Assembly (NCBI GenBank): GCA_964016885.1
Contig: CAXHJY010000244.1
Coordinates: forward strand, 1 to 64,000
Origin: Eledone cirrhosa
Lineage: Eukaryota
Length of the DNA stretch: 64,000 nucleotides
Direction: 5' to 3'
This document shows, piece after piece, positions 20,405-32,915 of the stretch. Numbering within the stretch: the stretch's first letter is position 1; every line of letters starts with the position of its first letter. The translations under genes were made by a program, and so were the position numbers. Under the pieces are notes generated by a model, which made no database searches, was not told where the DNA came from, and worked only from the letters and a program-made list of their open reading frames with translations.

Positions 20405-20810
20405 TCATCGCAATTTCCATCACCTCCACCCCGCCCAACGTCATCGCCGCCACCATGATGACCAACGCGACCAACATCACCACCACCATGACGACAAACA
20501 CCACGACCCCCATCACCATCAACGTCATCGCCACCGCCATCATCACCACCACCACCTCACCCAACGTCATCGCCACCAACATCACCATCAATGTCATCGC
20601 TACCGCCGCCACCACCGCCAGCACCGTGACCAACATCACCAACACCTCACCCAACGTCATCGCCACCGCCATCACCACAATCATCGGCACCACCATCTCG
20701 ACCACCGTCACCGCCACCACCACCAACACCGCTATCACCACCACCACCAGCGCCACCTTTATCATCATCATCATCATCAAGATTTTCCTTATCATTACCA
20801 TCATCATCAA
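20405..20810. repeat. (CAC/CAT)n degenerate trinucleotide tract
   Basis: Direct inspection. Confidence 0.85.
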
Positions 20811-20890
20811 AATAATCTAATACGTATCATATATTAATAATAATGTTTCGAACAGCCAGCCAAGAAAAATCTTATATATATATATATATA

Positions 20891-21062
20891 ATTTATACTT
20901 CGATGAGTCCAGCCTTGTGTTTTGATGAAACGATCGTTAGAATTAAATGTTCTTAAACACTCTTTGATTGTTATTTATTAAGTATTTCGGCTCTGTATTT
21001 ACTTGTTATTTTACATTGAGCTATTCTCACAATTGTAATTGGATAATATCTAATATTGCCCG

Positions 21063-21143
<81 letters not shown>

Positions 21144-21207
21144 GCGGGTAATATTAGATATTATCCAATTACAAGTGTGAGAATAGCTCAATGTAAAATA
21201 ACAAGTT
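20891..21207. mobile_element. Two tail-to-tail element ends facing one (TA)n run, with a decayed hammerhead
   Basis: 21000-21066 inverted against 21141-21207 around (TA)n; tcgatga-gtc..gat-GAA-ACGATCGT-T at 20900-20938; homologous to the 5854 element. Confidence 0.7.
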
Positions 21208-22171
21208 TATTATCCTATTAAAATAACAAGTTATTATCCTATTAAATAAGCGACAAGAATTAATTATATCTTGCAATCATAGAATTAGAAGAACTTTCAA
21301 ATATTATAAACCAAATTAATATACACCTTACACTTATATTTTACATATTATTATAATTAATTTTTTTTATTTAGTTAACCTATAATTAGTACTTTACTAC
21401 AGAGAACTAAAAGTATACATATAAATTAATTTAATTTCCTGTTATAAATCTAGATTCCTTGTAGTCTATATAAGATTGGTATTTCTCACTACTACATTTA
21501 TCCCAAAATTTTATTTTCCTTCGTTTTTAACAACATTCTTTAATAACATCTAATTCTTATTTATCACATCCATATGAATTAATATAAATTTATCCCTATA
21601 AGTATACCTATCAATTAATTTAATTTCTTGTTATAGATCTAAATTCCTTGTGTTTTAAATAAGATTGGTATTTCTCACTAACACCTTTACCCTAAAATGT
21701 TATTCTCCTTCGGTTTTAACATTAACATTATTCTTTAATAGCATCAAATTTTCGTGTACCTTTCACCGGCTTGACCTCTTTTCATCCCCAAAGTATTATT
21801 TTCATTCAAAGTATTCTTTCCATTCAAAACTTAAGTCTGCATTCCTCTACCCCTAAATTAAATTTCTACTACTATTATTCTATCAACTTGACCTCTTACT
21901 ACTTTTCTATTGGTCAATTCAAAACCTGTTCCTAAACAGACCTATCATATGAAATCTTTGTTGGGTTTTTTCAATAAACAAATATCATTATTTCTGAAGA
22001 CAGCATATATATGTGAAGGTATGTATATTTCCTCTGATAGTTTCTAAAATGTTTATATAGATCTATATGATATACATACCAACACACATATATATCCTAG
22101 AAACGATCGTAAAATGTTGAATTGTTTAATATAAGGAACTTGTTCTTTGTTTTTATTCATTGTTTTTATTA

Positions 22172-22212
<41 letters not shown>

Positions 22213-22221
22213 AACAGACAG

Positions 22222-22257
<36 letters not shown>

Positions 22258-22474
22258 CCAAGTTTGCATGATTATTCATATATCCAGTAATCTTACTTTA
22301 TATGTCTTAACCATTTTGGACACCAAACATTTTAAACGTTAAGCGCTGTGCCCTTCATTATTGACTGCACAGTTCCACTAGTAATATATGTATGTCTATA
22401 TATATATATAAAAGAAATAGGATTTCGCTTCAAGCATAGCTTTATACAATATGTATTTCTTTGGAGATACGAAA

Positions 22475-22514
<40 letters not shown>

Positions 22515-22519
<5 letters not shown>

Positions 22520-23276
22520 ATATGTTGAGAAGGCAACACACCAGAGAGAGATATATAGTGTGTTATCAATAATACAGGAAAAAAAACCACCAGTGTATGG
22601 AATCTATAACCTATGAAAGGCAGACTATAGACACGATAATTAAAAATATAAATTAAAGCGTAAATAAATACCTCTATAACTATATAACACACGTACAAAT
22701 CCAAAGATATGTTTCACCAAAAAATTTGTTGAAAGAAATGGTCTAGTCTCGGTTCATCAGCGTGTGTAAGGCCATACATTTCAGACAACACTAAGAGAAT
22801 TTTACAATTGACTGTCCAGCTACACGTGGGAGAGAGAAGTCACAGCGTGTTTAAGGGCAGTGAACCAGTGGCCTCTGAGAGACGAACTGCTAGAAAGGGC
22901 AGTCCAAAGCCACTCAGAGAAGTGTGCTCAACCAAACAGAGATAGGAAAGACTGTTATTAGGAGCGAAATATCACGATAAATTAACGGAGGCATAGGCCG
23001 TCGTTATTCCCTGTAAATAATGTGCTCAAAGGGGAAGAGATCCTGAGCCCTTTAAAATATAATATGTTGAGAAGGCAACACACCAGAGAGAGATATATAG
23101 GTTAAAGATTCCATACACTGGTGGTTTTTTTCCCTGTATTATTGATAACACACTATATATCTCTCTCTGGTGTGTTGCCTTCTCAACATATTATATTTTA
23201 AAGGGCTCAGGATCTCTTCCCCTTTCAGCACATTATTTACAGGGAATAACGACGGCCTATGCCTCCGTTAATTTAT

Positions 23277-23283
<7 letters not shown>
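22515..23283 (-). mobile_element. Hammerhead-bearing unit with 542-nt periodicity plus an inverted copy of its end
   Basis: 22515-22558 is repeated at 23057-23100; 23101-23283 is an inverted copy spanning the junction; (TA)n on both sides. Confidence 0.82.
22687..22767 (-). ncRNA. Type I hammerhead ribozyme motif
   Basis: ACACACG-CTGATGA-accgaga..ttttggt-GAA-acatatc tttg gatttgt-A-CGTGTGT: perfect 7-bp stem I, GUA site. Confidence 0.82.
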
Positions 23284-23322
<39 letters not shown>

Positions 23323-23424
23323 CTGGTTACACAACAGTTAGTTCACCATACCGAGAACAATTGTTTCATCTTAGCGGATCCCCAGCTCGTAATGGACATG
23401 GTTATACGGAACAGGAAGGACAAT

Positions 23425-23473
23425 GCTTCCTGATGACTTCTCCCGAATGAAACAGTTCTAGTCCTGTAGAAGC
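23425..23473 (+). ncRNA. Type I hammerhead, same family as 6177 (host element about 23320-23563)
   Basis: gcttc-CTGATGA-cttc tccc gaat-GAA-acag ttctagtc ctgt-A-gaagc; compensatory stem I change relative to the 6177 copy. Confidence 0.78.
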
Positions 23474-23577
23474 CTTTCTATATTAAATATTTTATTTATA
23501 CTCTGCTTTGTATTGAGTACTTTACTTACTTGGTTAGCCCCGATTGAACCTGGGATAAACTTGTATATATATATATA

Positions 23578-24170
23578 TGGTGGCTGCCAACTAGTTTTCG
23601 AGTACGGCCACTACTTTATATCCATGTAGGAGAACCCCTACCGATGCGCTGAACGAGTGTGACTTTTTAGTCCAGCCAGCGACTTGAAAACTCTGGTACA
23701 AACACTACACTTGTGACAATTATTGACACATAGTGCTGGGCCCATGGTACCATGTGACGACAAGTGCAGAGAGATCTCCAGATATAAAGCAATGCCTGTG
23801 CCGTGAAGCTTTTATAGTGAGCAAAGGCACTGCACAAAGCCAGTCCCACTCTCTTCACCAAGATGATATTTACCAAAAAGAAGAACAAGTCAACATCATT
23901 GGATACCATCAGGGTTGCAGGTGTTATATCAGAGTTTTCCTTCTCCTAGACAAAGGCTAAGGGGTCATCTCTCCCGGTGATTTTGGATGGCCATTGACTC
24001 TGAAGAGCTCCTTTGCCCTTTGACAGGTTTTGTTTTTAGTCCTGCAGGATGTCCAAAGTCACCCTCCTCACCAAGAAAACTTGGTGGGGTTGCCAGTTTA
24101 GTCGCCAACGACCCGACCATGGGACAGGTTGTACTGGGATACATGTTACCAGTAACACCAACTGGTGACC
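23578..24170 (-). mobile_element. About 590-bp interspersed repeat, possibly RTE-dependent and non-autonomous; inverted copy at 47754-48346
   Basis: Highly similar reverse-complement copies; ends at (TA)n/(TGTA)n; related fragments at 48410-48475 and 48615-48676. Confidence 0.8.
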
Positions 24171-24251
24171 TGACATACATATATATTTTTATATATATAT
24201 ACATGTGTGTGTATATATATATGTGTGTATATATATATATGTGCATGTGTG

Positions 24252-24288
<37 letters not shown>

Positions 24289-24321
24289 ATATGTATATAT
24301 ATATATGTGTGTGTGTATATG

Positions 24322-24352
<31 letters not shown>

Positions 24353-24362
24353 ATATATATAG

Positions 24363-24403
<41 letters not shown>

Positions 24404-24710
24404 CATACATATATTATATATATATATACATACATACATATATAATCGTTTCTCTCGGTTGATTGGTCGATATATTTGCACATATATATTCATAGTCATT
24501 GCTTTATACCAATGGAATGGAAGAAGGAACGAAATCTTATTTTTAGAAATATTTCTATAATCAAGCCAAATCCTAATTAGGCTATCCGTAAGGGGGTTGT
24601 CATTAATGTCACAGTACTTACTGGATTGGCTATATGTTTGTATGTATGGCACTTAAATCTTGTTGGGGTAGTAGCAGTGCAGTGCGTGTATAAATACACA
24701 CATACACACG

Positions 24711-24747
<37 letters not shown>

Positions 24748-24849
24748 TGATTAACTAAACGAAATGATCAGTTTTATCCAGTGGCGGCCCACTAAACAAA
24801 TATACACTCATACACATATATATATACACATATATACACACACACACAT

Positions 24850-24884
<35 letters not shown>

Positions 24885-25179
24885 TAGATTCTATGTTTGC
24901 TTTCTAAGCAATATTCTTAATGCACCGTTTATCCACCATACATTACCCCCTCCCCAATCAGTCCCCCATCCACCCCCACCATACACTACTTCCCCCATCA
25001 GACTTCCATTAACCCTTCTCCCACATTTTCTTCATTACGTTAATTTTTTATAGATTTAAGTAATTACTGATATATTTTCTTAAATATATTTGGTTTGTTT
25101 TTATATTTTCTTTTTGTCTTGTTTGTTTGTTTTTCTTTGATTCATTTCTATCGTTATTAGATTCTACACTCATAGAAAG

Positions 25180-25240
<61 letters not shown>

Positions 25241-25308
25241 ACATATCATATGTTGATTTAAAACTGAACTATCCACAAGTGTTTTTTAGCCTTCATATCA
25301 TGTCCTCC

Positions 25309-25379
25309 TGTTTTATCTGATGAAAACACAAATATTATTGCATGATGATGTTTGTTTTTGAAATGCGCATAATCAAATA
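25309..25379 (+). ncRNA. Type I hammerhead with long stem II and palindromic stem III (host element about 25238-25500)
   Basis: tgttttat-CTGATGA-aaacacaaat..tttgttttt-GAA-ATGCGCAT-A-atcaaata; reverse-complement copy at 61341-61515. Confidence 0.7.
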
Positions 25380-25736
25380 CATGGAACTACTTTAACCATC
25401 TTTTGATCTTATATATTATGTATACTCCAGTCCTACAAACTGTAGAGTGCTTCTTATCCGATATCTGCATTGCTTTATTGTACTACAATAAAACTCACCT
25501 CCTACATATATATAAATATATATATAAATATATTTAATACATTAACAGAGAAAGCTTAAAGCTTCAAGCTATACTCTGACTGGCTTCCATCTCACTCAAC
25601 AAACATTAGGATATACCTTAGTATAATCCCAATTTTACGTTTGGGGTGCTAACTATATGTATTTTGCGGATAGCCAGTTGCATTATTTTATATGAGACAT
25701 AATTATATATATATAAATATATATATATATATAAAT

Positions 25737-25773
<37 letters not shown>

Positions 25774-25935
25774 AATATATATATATATAAATATGTATAT
25801 ATAAAAATATATAAATATGAAAAAAAAAATATCAAAAACAACCAACTCATCAATGTCTTACCATTTGATTTCCACCAATCAGTATCCATTATTTTACTGG
25901 CCTTGTGTCATAAGCAGAAACATTTTCACTATTAG

Positions 25936-26468
25936 AATAGAGTTATGGCCCTTTACGTTCTGAGTTCAAATCCCACCGAGGTTAACTTTGCCTTTCATTC
26001 TTGCGGGGTCGATAAAATAAAGTACCAGTAATAGACTGGGGTATTTGCTGGCCTTGTGCCTAAAGTAGGAACAATTATTATAATCTAATCGAAACATTTG
26101 TCACCATCAAAGTAACTAATCATAATAATAATAGTTTCTACGTTAGGCACAAGGCCAACAAATACCCCAGTACATTACTGGTACTTTATTTTACCGACCC
26201 CGTAAGGATGAAAGGCAAAGTTAACCTCGGCGGGATTTGTACTCAGAACGTAAAGGGCCATAACTCTATGCTAATAGTAATAATTGTTTCTACTTTTGGC
26301 ACAAGGACAGAAATTACCCCAGTACATAACTGGTACTTTATTTTATCGACCCCGTAAGGATGAAAGGCAAAGTTAACCTTGGCGGGATTTGAACTCAGAA
26401 TGGCAAGGGCCGTAACTCTATGCGTCAAAGCATGGCGTCCGACCCTCTACCGATACTGCCAATCCACC
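25936..26468. mobile_element. Cluster of three SINE family A copies (+ 25936-26080; - 26133-26270; - 26281-26468)
   Basis: Conserved body in both orientations, tail-to-tail. Confidence 0.87.
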
Positions 26469-27675
26469 GTCCCTGTACAATGTACACATGATAATGATGA
26501 TAATTTCTTGATTCTATTTTATAGATAATAGTAACAACAACAACGACAACAACAATACTACCACTACCAACACCAACAACAACAACAACAATATATCCAC
26601 CATGATGAGTTCGTTAAGTGTAACTACTTCACTTCGTCAGTTGTTCAATTCTGCTTGCTAACCGCCATTACACTTAATAACATTCTGGTAAACACTGACT
26701 TCTGCCACCACTACTACTACTACTACCAGTACCACCACTACTACCACCAGTACCACCACCACCACTACTACTACCAGTACCACCACCACTGGTAAACACT
26801 GACTTCTGCCACCACTACTACCACCACTACCAACACCACCTCCACCACCACCACTGGTAAACACCGACTTATTTTGTTTTGGGGGAAGAAGAACACCACC
26901 ACCACACCACCAACAACAACAACACCACCATCACCATTCTGTTTTGGGGAAGAAAACCTTTTATATTCCAATTTCTATACTTTCGTTGCCATAACAAGAT
27001 TTTATATATTTCTGGGTTTTATTTCCATATTTAGCTACATCATATGTTGTTGCTGTTATTGTTATTGTTACTGTTGTTGTTGTTGTTGTTATTGTTACTG
27101 TTGTTATTATTGCTGTTGTTATTATTGCTGTTGTTATTGTTGTCGATGTTGTGGTTGTATTTTGCGTTCTTTTTTCTTTCTTTTTAATTTCTAGTTTTAT
27201 TTCAAACCACCCCACCACACCCACATCACCCACACCCCACACCACCCTACCCACACACCCACCACACCACACCCACACCACCCCTACCATACCCTACCAC
27301 ACCCCCACCACACCACACCCATCTTATTACAAATATTTAAAAAAATACTCAAAGTCAAAATATTTTTAAAACAAAGAAGGCGATAGTAAAAATTGAATAG
27401 AAAATTATTTTCCCGAAATTCAAATTTAATTCAATGAAAATTTCAAAAGAAGTAAAAACAAAAGGCGGGGGGGGGGGGGCACACACAGTAATAAAGGTAG
27501 GGGAGGTTACCCAGTAATAAATGTGGGGGACAATAGAGATTTACCCCCACCCACCTTACCCTACCCCACTTATTAAATTTTGGTTATCTATCACCGGTGA
27601 AATTTTATTTTAATTTTCTTTATGTATTAAATAAAATATTATACATGACAAAAGAAGGTACAATATTAGAAATCC

Positions 27676-28638
27676 AATATGTTATAAAATATATAGGGTG
27701 GGTTGGAGGGTCTCAATATGTTATATATAGGGTGGGTTGGAGGGTCTCACTATGTTATAAAATATATAGGGTGGGTTGGAGGGTCTCAATATGTTATATA
27801 TAGGATGGGTTGGGGTCTCAATATGTTATATATAGGATGGGTTGGAGGGTCTCAATATGTTATATATAGGATGGGTTGGGGTCTCAATATGTTATATATA
27901 GGATGGGTTGGAGGGTCTCAATATGTTATATATAGGATGGGTTGGGGTCTCAATATGTTATATATAGGATGGGTTGGAGGGTCTCACTATGTTATATATA
28001 GAATGGGCTGAGGGTCTCAATATGTTATTAAATATATAGGATGGGTTGGAGGGTCTCAATATGTTATAAAATATATAGGATGGCTTTGGAGGGTCTCAAT
28101 ATGTTATAAAATATATAGGATGGGTTGGAGGGTCTCAATATGTTATAAAATATATAGGATGGGTTGGAGGCTCTCAATATGTTATAAAATATATAGGATG
28201 GGTTGGAGGCTCTCAATATGTTATAAAATATATAGGATGGGTTGAGGGTCTCAAAATATTATAAAATATATAGGATGGGTTGAGGGTCTCAAAATATTAT
28301 AAAATATATAGGATGGGTTGAGGGTCTCAAAATATTATAAAATATATAGGATGGGTTGAGGGTCTCAAAATATTATAAAATATATAGGATAGGTTGAGGG
28401 TCTCAAAATATTATAAAATATATAGGATTGGTTGAGGGTCTCAAAGTATTATAAAATATATAGGATGGGTTGAGGGTCTCAATATGTTATAAAATATATA
28501 GGATGGGTTGAGGGTCTCAAAGTATTATAAAATATATAGGATGGGTTGAGGGTCTCAAAATATTATAAAATATATAGGATGGGTTGAGGGTCTTAAAGTA
28601 TTATAAAATATATAGGATGGGTTGAGGGTCTTAAAGTA
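27676..28638. repeat. 34-39-bp minisatellite (aatatgttataaaatatataggatgggttggagggtctc), about 25 copies
   Basis: Tandem units with a gradient of variants. Confidence 0.93.
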
Positions 28639-29117
28639 TGTATACATTTTGGGGTGACACCCTATAGTTTATATAAATAAACAAATATTATATTTTTTTT
28701 ACTTACTAAATTCTTTTGTTGCGGTCCAAACTTTTTTTGAAGAACTTCAAGTTGTTTTGACGACATAAACTTTTCCAACTGTTGTATCCGGCAGAGTTCA
28801 CCGTTTAAAGCGGTGTCCTACTAAAAATAATGGTACATGAACAGATATCCGACTCCAGAATATTGGATGTTCGATTAAAACGACGGTCAAAATATGTTTA
28901 CATCCTATACGTTCGATATTGACCTACGCTATACGTGTACTGTGGATTACATACGGGTTACTGTAGATCGCACAAATTTAAGTGCGAAAACTCATGTGTC
29001 CCAAATAATAGGGGGTGGGGACAGAATGAGCTGGAAAGTGGTTAGACATTTGCTTAAATTCTTATAAGCGAGTGGGTTGGAATAAACGGGGGAGGGAAAA
29101 TTGGTAATTGTATAAAG

Positions 29118-29355
29118 CAGGCATGTCAAACATGCGACCCGTGGACCGCATGCGGCCCTTTACAAGCACACTTGCGGCTCGTACAAAGGTTTTGCAACGC
29201 GAGCATATTTTATCTTCGTAATATAAAATTTAAAAAAATTAGTTGTAATGTGCGCAATTAGTTGTAATGTGTGCAATTAGTTATCATGTGTGGCCCTCAG
29301 TCAACACATATGTGACCCACGTGGCCCTCGGGGAACCCTCAGTTTGACATGTCTG
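29118..29355. mobile_element. hAT (Charlie-like) MITE
   Basis: TIRs caggcatgtcaaac / gtttgacatgtctg, subterminal gcggccc motifs, imperfect 8-bp TSD gtataaag / ctatagag. Confidence 0.78.
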
Positions 29356-29892
29356 CTATAGAGTACGTTTGTAAATATGGGATTTCTTGTAATGTTCTTT
29401 TTTTTATATTTAATGTTTGTTTTTTTACGTAAAATAAAATTATTATTAGATTCTCCAGTTGTTATATCAATATGAATCACTTACAATAAAATTTCGCAGG
29501 AGATAGATTAGCAAAATTTAATAAGGAGCGGGGGTGGTTGGAATAAAAGCAGGGGTATGTGGGGGGAAAATCTGAAAGGTTAATAAGAAGGGGTGGAAAG
29601 GTATTGGTTCGATTATTCAAGACATGAGAGTACCTGATTTTGTTTAATTTTTGTTCCCTTACAATCTTTAATAAGCAGGGATGGGAATATAGGCCGGGGT
29701 GAGTGGAAAAAAATTAAAAAAATTAATAAGTGTTGGGTGGGGAATCTGAATAATTAATAAGCGAGGAGTAGGGACGATTATTCAAGTCCTGGGAGTACTT
29801 AAAATTAGAGAAAACACTTAGGGGGAGTTAATTTTGATACTAATGTTATGTAAATGAAATAAAGTATTAATTAAGACTTGGTTATATAGTTC

Positions 29893-30065
29893 AGTATCAG
29901 TAGAGGGTCGGACGCCATGCTTTCCAGCATAGTTACGTCCCTTTACGATCTGAGTTCAAATCCCGCCGAGGTTGACTTTGCCTTTCATCCTTACGGGGTC
30001 GATAAAATAAAGTACCAGTAATGCACTGGGTAATTGCTGGCCTTGTGCCAAAAGTAGAAACAATT
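29893..30065 (+). mobile_element. tRNA-derived SINE family A copy
   Basis: Same motifs. Confidence 0.9.
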
Positions 30066-30080
30066 AATTTCTCTATTTTC

Positions 30081-30116
<36 letters not shown>

Positions 30117-30259
30117 GAGTTAAACAAGATTCAATGAGTATATCAAAGAATGAGTTTTACAGTAGATTGGAAGCACTCTAGAGAAAAATATTTTCCAGAG
30201 TTATTAATATAATATTAAATTCAAATATTAATAAAATAGATGTTCTTGTGATCAATTCA

Positions 30260-30325
30260 ATTTTATTATACATATTTCAGAGGTACGTGAATCAGGTTCA
30301 GCAGTACGTCCTCATCAGATAAAAT
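30260..30325 (-). ncRNA. Type I hammerhead ribozyme motif (host element about 30112-30502)
   Basis: attttat-CTGATGA-ggacgtac..gtacctct-GAA-atatgtat-A-ataaaat: perfect 7-bp stem I, AUA site. Confidence 0.75.
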
Positions 30326-30392
30326 AGAATGATACATGACATACCCTGAGATGTTAGATGGTTAAGATTTAATCAAGGTAGTGATTAATGTA

Positions 30393-30502
30393 TGAGAAAA
30401 TTCAACATTTATACCCGAATAGTGAGAACATGGGAAAACGAGAAAATTCTATTACGTTTTCCCATGTTCTCACTATTAGGGTATAAATGTTGAGTTTTCT
30501 CA
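30393..30502. repeat. About 110-bp fold-back at the 5' end of the hammerhead element
   Basis: tgagaaaattcaacatttatacccgaatagtgagaacatgggaaaacg and its near-perfect reverse complement, 14-nt loop. Confidence 0.88.
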
Positions 30503-30587
30503 AAATCGCATTAGTGATTTGATTATGTGCCTGCTTTATACACATGTATATTCAACCTACTTATCTGTTTTAATAATGGCTTAGAAA

Positions 30588-31001
30588 ATTGGCAGTATTG
30601 GTAGAGGGTCGGACGCTATGCTTTGCAGCATAGAGTTACGGCCCTTTACGGTCTGAGTTCAAATCCCGTCGTGGTTAACTTTGCATTTCATCGTTACGGG
30701 GTCGATAAAATAAAGTACCAGTAATGTACTGGGGTCGATTTAATCGACTTTCCCCACCTACAAAATTGCTGGCCTTGTGCGTATGCAAGAAATTATTATT
30801 ATCATTATTTGGTGGTGGATTGGCAGTATCGGTAGAGGGTCGGACGCCATGCTTTGCAGCAAAGAGTTACGGCCCTTTATGGTCTGAGTTCAATTCCTGC
30901 CGTGGTCAACTTTGCCTTTCATACTTACGGGGTCGATAAAATAAAGTACCAGTAATACACTGGGATAATTGCTGGCCTTGTGCCAAAAGTAGAAACAATT
31001 A
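30588..31001 (+). mobile_element. Two tandem SINE family A copies; the first has a longer internal segment
   Basis: Heads at about 30588 and 30811. Confidence 0.88.
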
Positions 31002-31159
31002 TTTATCTATCTGCCTACCTGTCCATCGGTTGTGGGTATGAAAATACACTCTTGTGTGTGAATACGGAAGAGCCGAACTCCCACTGTCATCGCCTCCATC
31101 TCTCTCGTCCTCCCCATCATTCTGTGTGCTGAGCAAATGGGGTCACACGTGCTGGTCTC

Positions 31160-31555
31160 CCCCACACAGCCCTGGCGGACAGAATGGAGAAGGCGTTTCC
31201 CCGGAGGATGGTAAGGGAGATGCGCTGGAAGATCAATCCCATCTCGTGAGGCTCACACATGCGGCTTGCCAGCTCAGCGCCTATGGTGGTGAGTAGGGAG
31301 GTAGCTCTAGGGCCAAGGGCACCAGAAGTCTCCACTGCTAAGAGCACGACCGCGACCCTGCCGGAGAGCAACCGGTACTTGGAGATTTTACCCTCCTCAG
31401 CCCGAAGTGCAGCAGATCTTGGGTTGGTAGCTCTAGGGCCAAGGACACCAGAAGTCTCCACTGCTAAGAGCACGACCGCGACCCTGCTGGAGAGCAACCG
31501 GTACTTGGAGATTTTACCCTCCTCAACCCGAAGTGCAGCAGAACTTGGGTTGGTC
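31160..31555 (-). mobile_element. CRE-like non-LTR retrotransposon 3' fragment with an in-frame 126-bp duplication
   Basis: AALRAEEGKISKYRLL...LAVETSGALGPRA...FQRISLTILRGNAFSIL; 31301-31426 is repeated at 31427-31552. Confidence 0.78.
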
Positions 31556-31785
31556 GCAGACTGCACCAGGTTGCTGCTAGGAGAAGAGTCGCTGCAAATG
31601 GCAGGACAAATGACTGCTTTTACAGATATTTTCTGCGTTTGGGATTTTCAGCATCTTCTAGGAATATATGTATACAAACATGTATAAAGACTTTAACAGG
31701 ATTCTAATAAATATTGCTTTTACAGGTAATATTTATTACATGTATACATTTTGGTAGGGGACACCTTGTTAATATATATGAAGAT

Positions 31786-32690
31786 GCACACATACACACA
31801 TCCACAGATACACACACACACACACACATGCACGCATCCACACACACACATCCACATACACGCATCCACACACACACGCATCCACACACACACACACACA
31901 CACACACACATCCACACACACACACACATGCACTCATCCACACACACACACATACACACATACATCTACACACAAATCCACACACACATACACACACATA
32001 CATACACACACATACACGCATCCACACACACACATCCACATACACGCATCCACACACACACGCATCCACACACACACACACATACACACATCCACACACA
32101 CACACATGCACTCATCCACACACACACACACATACACACATACACACATACATCTACACACAAATCCACACACACATACACACACACACATACACGCATT
32201 CACACACACATACACACATACACACACACACATCCACACACATCCACACACACACACACACACACATACATGACTTTATTACGGAACAACAACACGTAAA
32301 ATGTCTATTTCTGTCTAATAAACTTTAATTAATTTGAGGAAGCTGATTGGATGAATTAATTAAAGTAATTATATTTCAGACACACACACATACATGCTTA
32401 CACATACATAAATATACACACACACACACATACACACATATATACATACAGTGATACACAGACGCACACACATACATAGATACACACACACACATATATA
32501 TATATACATTGTCATACACAGACACATACACGCATATATATATACATAGATACACACACACACGCACATACACACACATACACGCACACCTATACATACA
32601 GTGATACACAGACACACATACACACACACATGCAAGCAAATAGACACACAAACACGCATACATACACCCACACACACACACTCACTCAAC
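31786..32690. repeat. (CA)n variant arrays
   Basis: Direct inspection. Confidence 0.92.
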
Positions 32691-32915
32691 TCTATACAAA
32701 CAACATCACAGAATAATTGTTAGCAAATCTATGCGTGGACAAACAATGTAGCCACCTAGCGGTGAATGCCGGTGCATTAATGGTGGTTTGATCACGTGAT
32801 AGACATCCGGGCTCCAGACGTGATCCGAAGCCCTCGGGGGCGGTGGGAGGCCATCGAGGATGGGTCAAAGTCCTTATATCCAGACAAATTTAACTCTTTA
32901 GCATTTAAACCCCTG

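Noticed and set aside
21424-21745. About 190-bp period direct duplication as a LINE ORF remnant
   Set aside because: The duplication is visible, but no recognisable protein motif could be read.
23667-23960. 75-80 aa ORFs conserved at two loci (also 47964-48257)
   Set aside because: Conservation reflects two copies of the same repeat; the starts are non-ATG and there is no domain.
28990-29800. Degenerate Tc1/mariner-like MITE hosting the hAT MITE
   Set aside because: Right-end-like motifs (attattcaagacatgagagta, attattcaagtcctgggagta) are seen, but the left TIR is too decayed to define.
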